A stretch of DNA of 64,000 bases from Deinococcota bacterium. Lineage in GTDB: Bacteria > Deinococcota > Deinococci > Deinococcales > Thermaceae. Positions 49,423-60,095 of the stretch are shown one piece after another. The position numbers were made by a program, and so were the translations under genes. The stretch is taken from the NCBI GenBank assembly GCA_041695225.1, contig JBGFRI010000030.1, forward strand, positions 59,025 through 123,024, read 5' to 3'. Under the pieces are notes generated by a model. That model was not told where the DNA came from. It made no database searches and saw nothing but the letters and a program-made list of their open reading frames with translations. Every line of letters starts with the position of its first letter. Positions within the stretch are counted from its first letter, which is position 1.

Positions 49423-50172
49423 GTGAGTGCTCAGAGAACTGCCAAGCAGCGCCTATCTGCTGCCAAGCGGGTAGCGGTACTTACCGGAGCCGGTATATCC
49501 AAGCCCTCGGGAATCCCTACCTTCCGCGATGCAGCGGGCCTGTGGAAAGATTTTGATATAGAGGAGTACGCAACACCCAGCGCCTATGCCCGCAACCCCC
49601 AAAAGGTCTGGGACTGGTACGCCTGGCGCTACAAAAGCGTTTTGCAGGCCGAGCCCAACCGGGCCCACCGGCTCTTGACACAGTTAGAAGAGCGTGTGGG
49701 CCAGGGCTTTTTGCTAGTTACCCAGAACGTGGACGGCCTGCATACTAAAGCCGGTTCAAGGCGTGTGCTCGAGCTCCACGGCAACATTAGCAGGGCTCGG
49801 TGTGAGGGCTGTGGAGAACGCTTCCCTCTGCCAGACCCAGCGGGCTTTGTTCCTCCGCCGCTGTGCTCTGGCTGTGGTAGCCGGGGCCGCCCGGATGTGG
49901 TCTGGTTTGGCGAGATGCTGCCTCCGGGCGTTTTTGAGCAGGCCGAGCGGGCCTTTGCCCAGGCCCAGGTAGCTGTGATAATTGGAACCAGCGCCGAGGT
50001 GGAGCCTGCTGCCAGCCTGGGGAGGCTGGCCGGTCTGGCTGGGGGCTATCTGATCGAAGTTAACCCCGAACCCACGCCGCTTTCCTACTTGGCAGACTGC
50101 TCGCTGCGGATGGGGGCGGTGGAAGGAATGGAGGCCTTGCTGGGGGGTGGGGACGACCTGAGCCGACGCTGA
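49423..50172 (+). CDS. cobB: NAD-dependent protein deacylase (sirtuin)
   Basis: Motifs TGAGIS..SGIPTFR, TQNVDGLH, ELHGN, two CxxC, RPDVVWFGE and GTS. Confidence 0.95.
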   Translation: MSAQRTAKQRLSAAKRVAVLTGAGISKPSGIPTFRDAAGLWKDFDIEEYATPSAYARNPQKVWDWYAWRYKSVLQAEPNRAHRLLTQLEERVGQGFLLVTQNVDGLHTKAGSRRVLELHGNISRARCEGCGERFPLPDPAGFVPPPLCSGCGSRGRPDVVWFGEMLPPGVFEQAERAFAQAQVAVIIGTSAEVEPAASLGRLAGLAGGYLIEVNPEPTPLSYLADCSLRMGAVEGMEALLGGGDDLSRR

Positions 50173-50861
50173 CGCGAATAGTCGTAGATAATCCAGACGA
50201 TTAGACTGGTCAGGGCCAGCGCCGAAACCACCAGCAAGAACGGCCCTAGCCGAGAGAAATCGGCCCCCAGCCAGGCCACTACCAGGGCTACAGGGGCGGC
50301 TCCTGCCGAGGTAGCCAGCAGAAACTTCAGGGGGTGCATTCTGACCAGCCCCGCCACGAAATTCACACTGTCGGTGGGAACCAAAAACGACAGCCGCAGG
50401 GCGATGACTGCCCAGGGGCCATAGCGCTGCACCGGCTGCTCTATTTTGAGCCGCATCTTTTCGCTCACAAAGCGGTCTACCACCATCGGGCCAAGCGCTC
50501 GAGCGATGCTGTAACCCACCATGGCCGCAATAATGGCCCCAACCCAGCCCAGAATCCCTCCCACCACCGGCCCAAAGGCCAGTACCGAGATCAGCATTAC
50601 CAGGGTCATGGGTACTACCGATATCAGGGTCTGGGCAATCATCAGGCCGATGATGCTCAAAGGGCCAAACCAGCCCAGGCTGGCTACCCAGGACTGGAGG
50701 GCCTGCTGGTTGCCGCTGGCAATAAGGGTATAGATGCGCTTTATTTGCTGCTGAAACTCTGGGATTAGAAAATACGCGCCGAAGAGCAGGCCCAGCAGCA
50801 GTAGCAAGGCCAGTAGTATAGGCAGAATCGGCAGCGATCTGAATACCAACAGACGTTCCAT
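50085..50861 (-). CDS. TVP38/TMEM64 (DedA superfamily) membrane protein
   Basis: Motifs FGP..G, LRL..LVP.D.VNF.AGL and FLLAT. Confidence 0.85.
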   Translation of the reverse strand: MERLLVFRSLPILPILLALLLLLGLLFGAYFLIPEFQQQIKRIYTLIASGNQQALQSWVASLGWFGPLSIIGLMIAQTLISVVPMTLVMLISVLAFGPVVGGILGWVGAIIAAMVGYSIARALGPMVVDRFVSEKMRLKIEQPVQRYGPWAVIALRLSFLVPTDSVNFVAGLVRMHPLKFLLATSAGAAPVALVVAWLGADFSRLGPFLLVVSALALTSLIVWIIYDYSRQRRLRSSPPPSKASIPSTAPIRSEQSAK

Positions 50862-51133
50862 GCCGGCTTCTAGATTAGCACAACGGAAGAGCAATATCTC
50901 GGTTTTGCGCACATTTCCCCGTGCCCAGGCTGCAAATGGTAGTCAAGTGGACCGCAACCCAGGGCGTATCCTTAAGCTGTTATGAGCCTGCGCGAACGGG
51001 TTTTCTCCCTCCACACCCCAGAACAGGTAGATGCCTTTCTAAAGTCGCAGGTCTCAGGTCGAAGGACGAAGGTCAAAAGCTGAAGACTAAAGCAGCAGAC
51101 TTCGTTGAGGGGTTATACCAAACCCGGCTCCCT

Positions 51134-52240
51134 TCAGGTCATGGGTACCTGGCGGATCAGGCGGCTTTCAATGCGCCCGAGAATTTCCTGCAGGCTGTGT
51201 CCGGTGATGGTCAGGCCGTGGTTTTTAAGGCCCACCACTGCCCGGCTGGGATCGGGGGCCTGGCGAACTTTTTCCGCTACGGCATCGGCGAGCTGATATG
51301 TGCCGCAGGGGTAGTTGAACTGGGTAGAGGAGATACTGTCCATCCAGGCGTGGATGTGCAGGATGGCCCCAACCTGGGGGTGTTCGCGGTAGATCATCCA
51401 GTGCTCGATGGCATCTACGCTGACCCGACGTGGCTCTACCCCCGGCGGAACCGAGAGCAGCATAGCGTTTTCTTCGGCCAGGTAATCCGTAACCATCAGG
51501 ATATCGCGCCCAATTTCCTGCAGGTTGGCCTTGTCTACCCCACTGGCCGACATCCAGAAACGGCGCTGGTCCTTCCGCACTGAGAGGTTGCCATAAGAAA
51601 GCCCGCCAATCCCATACAGCCGCTTGACATGGCGGAGGTCTTCGGGAGCCAGAATGTTTTCGATAGGGAAGGGTGCGGGCAGCAGGTTCCACTCGGCCAG
51701 CTTCTGGCCGGCGGCGCGCAGGCTCTGGCTCAGCTCGTCGCCCTGCCAGAGCTCGGGCTCGAGGTCTGGCTCAAAGCGGTTATCCACCACCAGCACCGAG
51801 GAGGCGATGGGGTCAATCCGCTCGAAAAGCCTCTCGACAAACTGGGGGCCTTCGGGCTCGTGGTACTGCCCGAGCTCGAGGGTCAGGAAGTAGGCCCCCT
51901 GGCCGGGGACATAGACCACCAGCATGTTGGAAAGCGCCTTGACTAGGTAAACATAGAGCCCCGCGATGGGGTCGGCGGGCATCTGGGGAAGCTCGAGGAA
52001 CGAGATCACCATGGTGGCCTGGGCCTTGCGCCGGAAGGGGAGGGGCTTGTCGGCCCGGATAAAGTTCAGCACGGCCTTGGGGTTCCCCGAGGCAGCTTCG
52101 AAACGGTAGCCCCTGGCCTGCAAGACCCGGGGTAGCTGGTCAAACAGGGCCGCCAGGCCAGGGGTGGGCTGGCCCGAGGTGGTGAAGGTGGGGTTGTGTG
52201 CAGCTAGAATAGGGCTTGGCAAGCTTTGGGTCTGGATCAT
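51134..52240 (-). CDS. Class II aldolase/adducin-domain protein with an N-terminal extension
   Basis: Motifs YGNLSVR, MSASG.DK, EHWMIY, ILHIH and LKNHG. Confidence 0.82.
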   Translation of the reverse strand: MIQTQSLPSPILAAHNPTFTTSGQPTPGLAALFDQLPRVLQARGYRFEAASGNPKAVLNFIRADKPLPFRRKAQATMVISFLELPQMPADPIAGLYVYLVKALSNMLVVYVPGQGAYFLTLELGQYHEPEGPQFVERLFERIDPIASSVLVVDNRFEPDLEPELWQGDELSQSLRAAGQKLAEWNLLPAPFPIENILAPEDLRHVKRLYGIGGLSYGNLSVRKDQRRFWMSASGVDKANLQEIGRDILMVTDYLAEENAMLLSVPPGVEPRRVSVDAIEHWMIYREHPQVGAILHIHAWMDSISSTQFNYPCGTYQLADAVAEKVRQAPDPSRAVVGLKNHGLTITGHSLQEILGRIESRLIRQVPMT

Positions 52241-52349
52241 TAGGAAACCCTCCGGGTCAGGTGAAACGAGACGCAGAACGCAGTGCTAATGGACCGCTCC
52301 GCATGTCATCGCAACGTATTCTACACCCCCGTGTAGACTGGTAGCGCCT

Positions 52350-53423
52350 ATGGAGCTCAAAGGACTAATTCTGTCGGGGGGCAAGGGCACCCGCCTGCGA
52401 CCCCTTACCCACACCAGGGCTAAGCAGCTGATTCCCATTGCTGGCAAACCCAATCTGTTTTATGCCCTAGAAGATCTGCTGGAAGCAGGCATCCGGCAGA
52501 TTGGGGTAATCTTGAGCCCCGAGACCGGCGACGAGGTGAGAGCAGCTTTGGGCGATGGCAGCCGCTGGGGTGTACGGCTCACCTACATCGTGCAAGAAGC
52601 GCCGCTGGGTATTGCCCACGCCGTCAAGACCGCCCAGCCCTTTCTAGGTGATAGCCCTTTCGTGCTATACCTGGGCGACAACCTGCTCTCGGGGGGTATC
52701 AGGCACCTGGTGTCAGAGTACTATCAGGCCCAGCCCGAGGCCATCGTGCTGCTGACCCCAGTGGAAGACGCCAGAGCATTTGGGGTAGCGGTGCTCAACG
52801 AAACGGGGCAGGTGGTAAGGCTGGTGGAAAAACCCCAACAGCCCCCTTCCAACCTGGCCCTGGTGGGGGTGTATCTGTTTGGCCCGGCGATCCACCAGGT
52901 GATTGCCCGGCTAACGCCCTCGAGGCGTGGCGAGTACGAGATTACCGAGGCCATCCAGGGTCTGCTGGACCAGGGGCAGCGGGTGCTGGCCCACCAGGTG
53001 CGGGGCTACTGGAAAGACACCGGCAAGCCCGACGACCTGCTCGATGCCAACCGGCTGGCCCTCTCGAGCCTGACCCGGCGGGTGGAAGGAGAGCTGGTGG
53101 AGTCGCAGGTGGTGGGTGAGGTGGTGGTGGAGGCCGGGGCCAGAATTGTTCGCAGCACCGTGCGGGGCCCGGCCTTTATCGGGGCCGGAGCACTGGTGGA
53201 GGATGGCTTTATTGGCCCCTATACCTCGGTGGGCCGGGATGCCCGGGTGATTTCAAGCGAGGTAGAGTACTCCATCCTGATGGATGAAGCCCAGGTCACG
53301 GCCCTGCCCTACCGGCTTGATAGCAGCATCCTGGGGCAGGGGGTGGTGGTGGATGGTAACGGCAACGCCCGTCGCCACACCCTACAGCTGTTTTTGGGAG
53401 ACCGCAGTCGGGTTAGGCTATAA
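52350..53423 (+). CDS. rfbA: Glucose-1-phosphate thymidylyltransferase (long form)
   Basis: Motifs GGKGTRLRPLT, AKQL.P, LYLGDN, VEKP, RGEYEIT and WKDTG. C-terminal beta-helix. Confidence 0.92.
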   Translation: MELKGLILSGGKGTRLRPLTHTRAKQLIPIAGKPNLFYALEDLLEAGIRQIGVILSPETGDEVRAALGDGSRWGVRLTYIVQEAPLGIAHAVKTAQPFLGDSPFVLYLGDNLLSGGIRHLVSEYYQAQPEAIVLLTPVEDARAFGVAVLNETGQVVRLVEKPQQPPSNLALVGVYLFGPAIHQVIARLTPSRRGEYEITEAIQGLLDQGQRVLAHQVRGYWKDTGKPDDLLDANRLALSSLTRRVEGELVESQVVGEVVVEAGARIVRSTVRGPAFIGAGALVEDGFIGPYTSVGRDARVISSEVEYSILMDEAQVTALPYRLDSSILGQGVVVDGNGNARRHTLQLFLGDRSRVRL

Positions 53424-53598
53424 AAATTGTCGAAAGTCGAAGTCGAAGGTCAAGGGTCGAAGGGGCCTGCCGTGAGGAACAAATGTTCAGGAGTGCAGCG
53501 CCTTTGTAGCACGGCTGTACGATTAGTTCAGCCCAAAACATACTTACGGATGCCTCGAAGCGGCCCGTAACACTCGGCATCCGATTTGCAGCCTTCGT

Positions 53599-54825
53599 TC
53601 ACAGCCAGTCCCTGAAGAAATCCCGGACACTTTTCAGGGCCTGGATAAAGCGATCTATGTCCTCCGGCGTAGTGTAGACATAAAAGCTGGCCCTGGCTGT
53701 AGCAGCCACACCCAGTTTGCGGTGCAGGGGTTGAGCGCAGTGGTGTCCGGCCCTTAGTGCGATACCCTGCTGATCCAGGGCGGTCGCTACGTCGTGGGCA
53801 TGGATCTTGCCCAGAACAAAAGGAACTACCCCGCCTCGGTCTAGTCCCCTGGGGCCGAAGGTGTGAATCTCGGGCAGCTCCTCATCCAGGCGCTTCAGGG
53901 CGTAGGAGACCAGCTTTAGCTCGTGTTGCCAAACTTTGTCCATACCAAGGCTCATCAGGTATTCTGCTGCCGCGGCCAGCCCGATAACCTCTGCTACTGC
54001 GGGGGTACCGGCCTCGAGGCGCTGTGGGGGCTGGGCATAGGTGGAGTGGTCAACATACACCTCCCGAATCATGCTACCCCCGCCCAGAAACGGGGCCAGC
54101 GTCTCCAGAACCTCGTAGCGCCCCCAGAGCACACTGGCCCCAGTCGGCCCGCACATCTTGTGCCCTGAAAAAGCATAGAAATCGGCCCCAAGCTCCCTCA
54201 CCCTGACCGGCATGTGGGGGGCCGACTGCGCTCCATCCACTACCATCAACGCCCCTACCGCCTTAGCCGCCTGGGCAATTCGAGCCACCGGATTGACCGT
54301 TCCCAGCACATTGGAAACATGGGTTACGCTGACCAGTCTGACCCGCTCGGTCAGCAGTGTATCCAGAGCTTCCAATTCCAGGCGGCCATCACTTCCCAGC
54401 GGGATGGCCTTAATTTTGGCCCCAGTTCGCTGGCAGACCAGGTGCCAGGGTACCAGGTTGGCGTGGTGCTCCATCTCGGTGAGCAGGATTTCATCTCCAG
54501 GCCGCAAGTTTTGCAGGCCCCAGGCATAGGCCACCAGATTGAGGGCCTCGGTAGTGTTTCGCACGAAAATAATCTCGCGCTCGCCACCCCCGATAAAGCG
54601 GGCCAGGGTACGGCGGGCGTTCTCGTAAGCTTCGGTGGCCTGTACGGAAAGGGTATAAGCTCCCCGATGAATGCTGGCATTCAGCTCGCGGTAGTAGCGA
54701 GAAACTGCCTCAATGACCACCTCGGGCTTCTGGCTGGTGGCCGCAGAGTTGAGATAGACCAGATCGGGATGATGGGTAAGGAGCGGAAAATCCCGGCGAA
54801 TCACCTGGGGTGTGACGATGGCCAT
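53599..54825 (-). CDS. sufS: SufS-family cysteine desulfurase
   Basis: Motifs YL.SAATSQKP, EHHAN, DGAQ, SGHKM.GPTG and RAGHHCAQP. Confidence 0.95.
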   Translation of the reverse strand: MAIVTPQVIRRDFPLLTHHPDLVYLNSAATSQKPEVVIEAVSRYYRELNASIHRGAYTLSVQATEAYENARRTLARFIGGGEREIIFVRNTTEALNLVAYAWGLQNLRPGDEILLTEMEHHANLVPWHLVCQRTGAKIKAIPLGSDGRLELEALDTLLTERVRLVSVTHVSNVLGTVNPVARIAQAAKAVGALMVVDGAQSAPHMPVRVRELGADFYAFSGHKMCGPTGASVLWGRYEVLETLAPFLGGGSMIREVYVDHSTYAQPPQRLEAGTPAVAEVIGLAAAAEYLMSLGMDKVWQHELKLVSYALKRLDEELPEIHTFGPRGLDRGGVVPFVLGKIHAHDVATALDQQGIALRAGHHCAQPLHRKLGVAATARASFYVYTTPEDIDRFIQALKSVRDFFRDWL

Positions 54826-55353
54826 GCGCCCAGATTAGCCTATTTTTGGCGGTAAGTTTAGGAGAAAAGGTTCATTTTCGAGGTCCAGGCCGGTAGGGTC
54901 AGCATCTTAGCCGACAACATCATGTAATAAAGCCTCTCATTCCGAAGCTTTGCCTACTGAGGAACCTGATGTGCTCCAATGGAAAAATCGCAGATGACTG
55001 CCTAATCTATCGGATTTTGGCGTCAACAAGCTCTTATGTTGACCCTGACAGTTCAAGCATGATCGGCCAGTGCGTAAGGCTATCGATAAGTATCTCAGCG
55101 TGGTCCTGCGTCAAGCCTCGGTTATGAAAGATGGCGGCTCTGTAGAATGGTTGGACCTGTGCCAAGCCGTATCCTAAACGCAGCTATCCCCACCCTGACA
55201 GCATCCCTTGGCTGGCTTTCTGGCTCTCCAAATCTGAAGAAGGGCGCTCTAAGTGGGGCTCGAGCCCAAGGGGCTGGTTTCCGCCTGCTAAGAAAGAACT
55301 TATAATGGCCTACGTTAAAAAAGGGGTGCCAATCCCTAACATCGGAGGTAAGA

Positions 55354-56490
55354 GTGAACCTACACGAATATCAGGCCAAAGACATCCTCGCCAGGTACGG
55401 CATCCCGGTTCCGCCGGGTAAGGTTGCCTTTACTGCTGATGAGGCCAAGCAGATTGCCACCCAGTACGGTGACCTGGTGGTGATCAAAGCCCAGGTGCAT
55501 ACCGGCGGACGGGGCAAGGCCGGGGGGGTAAAACTCGCCCGAAGCCCCGAGGAAGCCAGAGAAAAAGCAGCTCAGATACTGGGCTTGAATATCAAGGGCT
55601 TCATTACCAAAAAGGTACTGGTAGCCAAGGGCATCAACATTGCAAAGGAGTATTACGCGGGCATGATTCTGGACCGGGTTACCCAGCGGGTGGTACTGAT
55701 GCTCTCAAAAGAAGGTGGCGTGGATATTGAGGAGGTGGCCGCTACCCGCCCCGATGCCCTGATAAAGTATCCCATTAACCCCCAGACCGGCCTGCGCCCG
55801 TTCGAGGCGCGCGAGCTGGTCAAGCGGGCGGGCATGGAGGGCAACCTCAACAAGCTGGCCGATCTGCTGGTCAAGCTGTATCAGGCCTATGTAGGTATTG
55901 ATGCCTCCACGGCAGAGATCAACCCCCTGGTCATTACCGATACCGGTGAGGTGGTGGCGGCCGATGCCAAAATTGTGCTAGACGACAATGCTCTGTACCG
56001 CCACCCCGACCTCACCCCACTGCGCGAGTTCGAGGCCGAGCACCCCCTCGAGGTCGAAGCCTCCAACTACGGCTTCAGCTATGTCAAGCTCGACGGCAGC
56101 GTGGGCGTAATTGGCAACGGCGCCGGGCTGGTGATGTACACCCTCGACCTGGTGCAGCGAACCGGGGGCAAAGCCGCCAACTTCCTGGACATTGGTGGTG
56201 GGGCCAAGGCCGATATTGTCTACAACGCCCTAAAGGTGGTGCTGAAGGACCCCGACGTCAAAGGAGTTTTCATCAACATTTTTGGCGGCATCACCCGCGC
56301 CGATGAGGTAGCCAAAGGGGTGATCCGGGCCATGGACGAGGGAATCCTGACCAAACCGGTAGCCATGCGGGTGGCCGGAACTGCCGAAGACGAGGCCAAA
56401 GAGCTGCTAAAAGGCCGCCCGGTATACATGTATCCCACCTCGGTAGAGGCTGCCAAAGCCATTATCTCTATGACAGGAGGTGCTCAGTGA
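55354..56490 (+). CDS. sucC: Succinyl-CoA ligase beta subunit
   Basis: Motifs [35 protein letters not shown] and NIFGGI. Confidence 0.97.
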   Translation: MNLHEYQAKDILARYGIPVPPGKVAFTADEAKQIATQYGDLVVIKAQVHTGGRGKAGGVKLARSPEEAREKAAQILGLNIKGFITKKVLVAKGINIAKEYYAGMILDRVTQRVVLMLSKEGGVDIEEVAATRPDALIKYPINPQTGLRPFEARELVKRAGMEGNLNKLADLLVKLYQAYVGIDASTAEINPLVITDTGEVVAADAKIVLDDNALYRHPDLTPLREFEAEHPLEVEASNYGFSYVKLDGSVGVIGNGAGLVMYTLDLVQRTGGKAANFLDIGGGAKADIVYNALKVVLKDPDVKGVFINIFGGITRADEVAKGVIRAMDEGILTKPVAMRVAGTAEDEAKELLKGRPVYMYPTSVEAAKAIISMTGGAQ

Positions 56491-57359
56491 GCATTCTGGT
56501 AGACAAGAACACCAAGGTCGTGGTCCAGGGCCTCACCGGGCGTGAAGGGGCCTTCCACGCCGAGGCCATGATCAAAGCCGGTACCAAGGTGGTTGCTGGC
56601 GTCACTCCGGGCAAGGGGGGGCAGAGTATGCTGGGCGTGCCGGTCTACGATACCGTCAAAGAGGCAGTGGCAAGCCACCCGATAGATGCCTCGATCATCT
56701 TTGTGCCGGCGCCGGGTGCGGCCGATGCTGCCCTGGAAGCCGCAAATGCAGGTGTTTCTTTGGTGGTGCTAATTACTGAAGGCATTCCCACCATGGACAT
56801 GGTAAAGGCAGTAGCAGAAATAAAAGCGCTGGGTAGTGTGCGGCTAATTGGTGGCAACTGCCCTGGTCTGATTACCCCCGACGAATGCAAGCTGGGAATC
56901 ATGCCCGCCAGCGTCTTCAAGAAGGGCCGTGTGGGGCTGGTTTCCCGTTCTGGCACCGTCACCTACGAGACTGCCAAAGCCCTTTCAGATGCCGGGTATG
57001 GCATCTCGACCTGTGTAGGTATAGGCGGCGACCCCATCATCGGCAGCACATTCAAAGATCTGCTACCCATGTTCAACGACGACCCCGACACCCACGCAGT
57101 GGTGGTTTGCGGCGAAATTGGCGGCTCGGATGAAGAAGATGCCGCTGCATACATCAAAGAGCACATGACCAAGCCGGTAGTTGGCTTTATCGGGGGACGT
57201 AGTGCTCCCAAAGGAAAGAAGATGGGTCATGCCGGCGCCATCATCATGGGCAATGTGGGTACACCTGAAAGTAAACTGGCCGCCTTTGCCGATGCCTCGG
57301 TGCCAGTAGCGGAGACCATTGACGAGATTGTGGAGCTCGTGCGGGCCAAATTGGGCTAG
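56487..57359 (+). CDS. sucD: Succinyl-CoA ligase alpha subunit
   Basis: Motifs [30 protein letters not shown] and MGHAGA. Confidence 0.97.
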   Translation: MSILVDKNTKVVVQGLTGREGAFHAEAMIKAGTKVVAGVTPGKGGQSMLGVPVYDTVKEAVASHPIDASIIFVPAPGAADAALEAANAGVSLVVLITEGIPTMDMVKAVAEIKALGSVRLIGGNCPGLITPDECKLGIMPASVFKKGRVGLVSRSGTVTYETAKALSDAGYGISTCVGIGGDPIIGSTFKDLLPMFNDDPDTHAVVVCGEIGGSDEEDAAAYIKEHMTKPVVGFIGGRSAPKGKKMGHAGAIIMGNVGTPESKLAAFADASVPVAETIDEIVELVRAKLG

Positions 57360-58026
57360 TCTAAACCGCGCCCACCTAGGGCGACTGCACAAGTCGCCCA
57401 ATTCTGACCATTTCTGGCGCGATAACCTCCCTGCGCTTGTACATTGAGCCTGTCGAAGGGTTGTCGTAAGAAACGCAATTACCGTGACATGGTGATTGTC
57501 TGTGGGCGTTCGCACGAAGCCGAGTTCAGCTAGACCATCCGCCATGGCTGGCTCCTAACCTGAAGTTCCCAAAGCTGGGCAAAAAGTCTCTGCTGTCCCG
57601 AAGAGGCCACATCCCTCTTTGGTCCCGTCTTCGTCCTGGCTACGTCCTTTCGGTATGCAGATGGCCTCCCCGTCTCGAGGCACAGCCGTTGTAACAGGCG
57701 ATTGGTGGTGATGCGCGGGAGATGTGACCCCTGCTAAATGGGTACGCTCAGGCGCCGTTCAGAGCCGCCATTACCTGTCCCAGGTATCACTTTCTCCGCG
57801 TTCATCGCCAGGAACTTCTGTCTATCTTCCGATTAGGGTCCCGGCATAAACTCGAGGTGCAAATTTCTAAGTTCCCCGAGCTCCGTTATCTAGCACTGGC
57901 TGGGGTAGAGTGGCTTTTGTGAGCCCCGTGCTACCGCTGGGAAAGCCCGTATAGATTTAGCGTGAACTACAAGTTTGTATTAACGGCCTTGACTAAGGTC
58001 CTGTCTGGGAGCACCATGGAAACTAG

Positions 58027-59628
58027 ATGATCGAGACCGGGCGCCTGAGCATTATCAACCCACCCAGACCTGGCCCCCAGTTCACCCCTGAGCTACTGGC
58101 GGCGCTAGCCAGACGGGTGACGCTCACGGGCGAACGCAGTTTTCAGACCGTTTACTCCCCCCTTACGGGTGGAGCTTTGGGCGCCATTCCAGTCTGCGAA
58201 CCAGGGGATGTGGCCGAGGCAGTCCGGCAAGCCAGGTCTGCCCAGGCTGCCTGGGCCAGGCTGGGTGCCAGAGACCGTGCTCGTATTATGCTGCGCTTTC
58301 ACGACCTGCTCTTAGATCGCCAGGCCGAAATTCTCGACCTGGTACAGTACGAGACCGGCAAGGCCCGCCGCGATGCCCAGGAAGAACTGCTAGACGCGGC
58401 TATTGTGGCCCAGTTTTACGCCACCCGCAGCCCTGGCTGGCTGCGCCCCCGGCGTACTGGCGGAACCTTTGTGGGCCTGACCCAGACCTGGGAGTACCGG
58501 CATCCGGTGGGAGTAGTGGGGGTGATTGCGCCCTGGAACTACCCGCTGGTACTGGCGCTGAGCGAGCCCATCCCGGCCTTGATGGCCGGCAACGCCGTGG
58601 TGCTCAAGCCCGACCCCCAGACCTCTTTTACTGCCCTGTGGGCTCTGGACCTGTTAGAAGAAGCTGGCCTGCCCTCCAAGCTTTTCCAGATAGTAACTGG
58701 CGGCGCGGAGGTGGGCGCAGCGCTGGTAGACTCGGCAGATTTCATCGCCCTCACCGGCAGCACCCCCACCGGGCGCAAGGTGGCCCGCCAGGCGGGTGAG
58801 CGACTAATTGGAGTGAGTTTGGAGCTAGGCGGCAAAAACCCCATGCTGGTGCTGGAGGATGCTAACCTGCAGGCCGCCCTCGAGGGGGCCATTCGCGGTG
58901 CCTTTGCCAACGCTGGGCAGCTTTGCGTGGCGATTGAAAGCATCTACATCCATGAAAATTTGTTCGATCGCTTTGCCCAGCTTTTTGCTGAAAGAGCCTC
59001 TGCCTTACGCCTGGGGGCTACCCTCGACCACCGCTCGCAGATGGGCTCGCTGAGCGTGCAGCGGCAGTTCGATATCGTAAAGGCTCACGTAGACGACGCC
59101 ATTGCCAAAGGCGCAAAAGTGCTGGCCGGGGGCAGGCCCCGGCCCGACCTGGGGCCGCTATTTTTCGAGCCCACAGTCCTGACCGGGGTCACGCCCGATA
59201 TGCTGGTTTGTAGCCAGGAAACCTTTGGCCCGGTGGTTAGTCTGTACAGGTTTGGCGACCTCGAGCAGGTGCTCAGCCTGATCAATCAGAGCGAGTATGG
59301 CCTGAATGCCAGCGTCTGGACCCGAAACCTGCGCAAAGGGCGGGAGGTAGCTTCGCGCATCCAGGCCGGAACAGTCAACATCAACGAGAGTTATGCAGCG
59401 GCCTGGGCCTCGATGGATGCGACCATGGGAGGGTTCAAGGCTTCGGGGCTGGGCCGGCGTCACGGCAAAGAGGGGCTTTACCGTTTTACCGAGCTGCAGA
59501 CCATCGCCATCGAGCGACTGGTTTCCCTGTCTGGCCCGACCTGGCTTCCCCGAGGCTGGTACGGGTGGGTGGTGGTAGTGGCCCTCAAGGCTTTTAAGTG
59601 GCTCTCCCGCCTGTGGTACCGGGTATAG
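58027..59628 (+). CDS. Aldehyde dehydrogenase, succinate-semialdehyde dehydrogenase-like
   Basis: Motifs PWNYP, TGST, LELGGKNP, NAGQLC (catalytic Cys), ETFGP and SGLGRRHG.EG. Confidence 0.88.
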   Translation: MIETGRLSIINPPRPGPQFTPELLAALARRVTLTGERSFQTVYSPLTGGALGAIPVCEPGDVAEAVRQARSAQAAWARLGARDRARIMLRFHDLLLDRQAEILDLVQYETGKARRDAQEELLDAAIVAQFYATRSPGWLRPRRTGGTFVGLTQTWEYRHPVGVVGVIAPWNYPLVLALSEPIPALMAGNAVVLKPDPQTSFTALWALDLLEEAGLPSKLFQIVTGGAEVGAALVDSADFIALTGSTPTGRKVARQAGERLIGVSLELGGKNPMLVLEDANLQAALEGAIRGAFANAGQLCVAIESIYIHENLFDRFAQLFAERASALRLGATLDHRSQMGSLSVQRQFDIVKAHVDDAIAKGAKVLAGGRPRPDLGPLFFEPTVLTGVTPDMLVCSQETFGPVVSLYRFGDLEQVLSLINQSEYGLNASVWTRNLRKGREVASRIQAGTVNINESYAAAWASMDATMGGFKASGLGRRHGKEGLYRFTELQTIAIERLVSLSGPTWLPRGWYGWVVVVALKAFKWLSRLWYRV

Positions 59629-59721
59629 ATCCGCAGTTTCACTGCCATGATGGGGTGGGGTTTGGCTTGCGCTAAGATTGTCGAAACAGTAAGCCAAAGC
59701 CTCAGCCTCGAAGCAGCCCAA

Positions 59722-59860
59722 GCCGATAGCTGATAGCTTTTGACCTGAGACCAGAGACCTGCGACATTCAATGAGTCGATAGTCAATAGTCGATAGCTGA
59801 TAGTCAATAGCTGATAGCCGATGGCCTTTGACCCTCGACCCTCGACTTTAGACCTTCGAC
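59722..59860. repeat. Composite heptamer repeat
   Basis: GATAGCT/AATAGTC/TCGACCC units, same family as 22196 and 43262. Confidence 0.88.
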
Positions 59861-59942
59861 TAACTTCCTGGTAAGGTTTTGCTAATGCTCCCGGCCCGCT
59901 CTGCGCCTGGGGATAGGCGAGGTTATCGAAACGAGGTGAGCC

Positions 59943-60095
59943 ATGCGTACAGCCCAGGTTTTACAGGCCCAGGTTTTACAGGCTAGATTCATGCCGACGC
60001 CACCCGGTTTCGAGGCTAGGCCCTCGGTAGCCCATATCGTCGGAGATGAGATTCTGGTCGAGCTTAGCGATAGTGGAGGTGAGGGCTGTGCCTGA
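59943..60095 (+). CDS. 50-aa small ORF or gene remnant coupled to the Lon-like gene
   Basis: GAGGTG RBS. Its stop overlaps the GTG start at 60088 (GTGCCTGA). Contains a 15-bp tandem duplication. Confidence 0.4.
   Translation: MRTAQVLQAQVLQARFMPTPPGFEARPSVAHIVGDEILVELSDSGGEGCA

Noticed and set aside
57360..58020. Long sucD-aldehyde dehydrogenase spacer as ncRNA or pseudogene
   Set aside because: No recognisable RNA motif or protein similarity by eye, apart from one short repeat unit.
59722..59860. Heptamer tracts as CRISPR or coding repeats
   Set aside because: The period is 7 bp, there are no spacers, and the ORFs crossing them are low-complexity.
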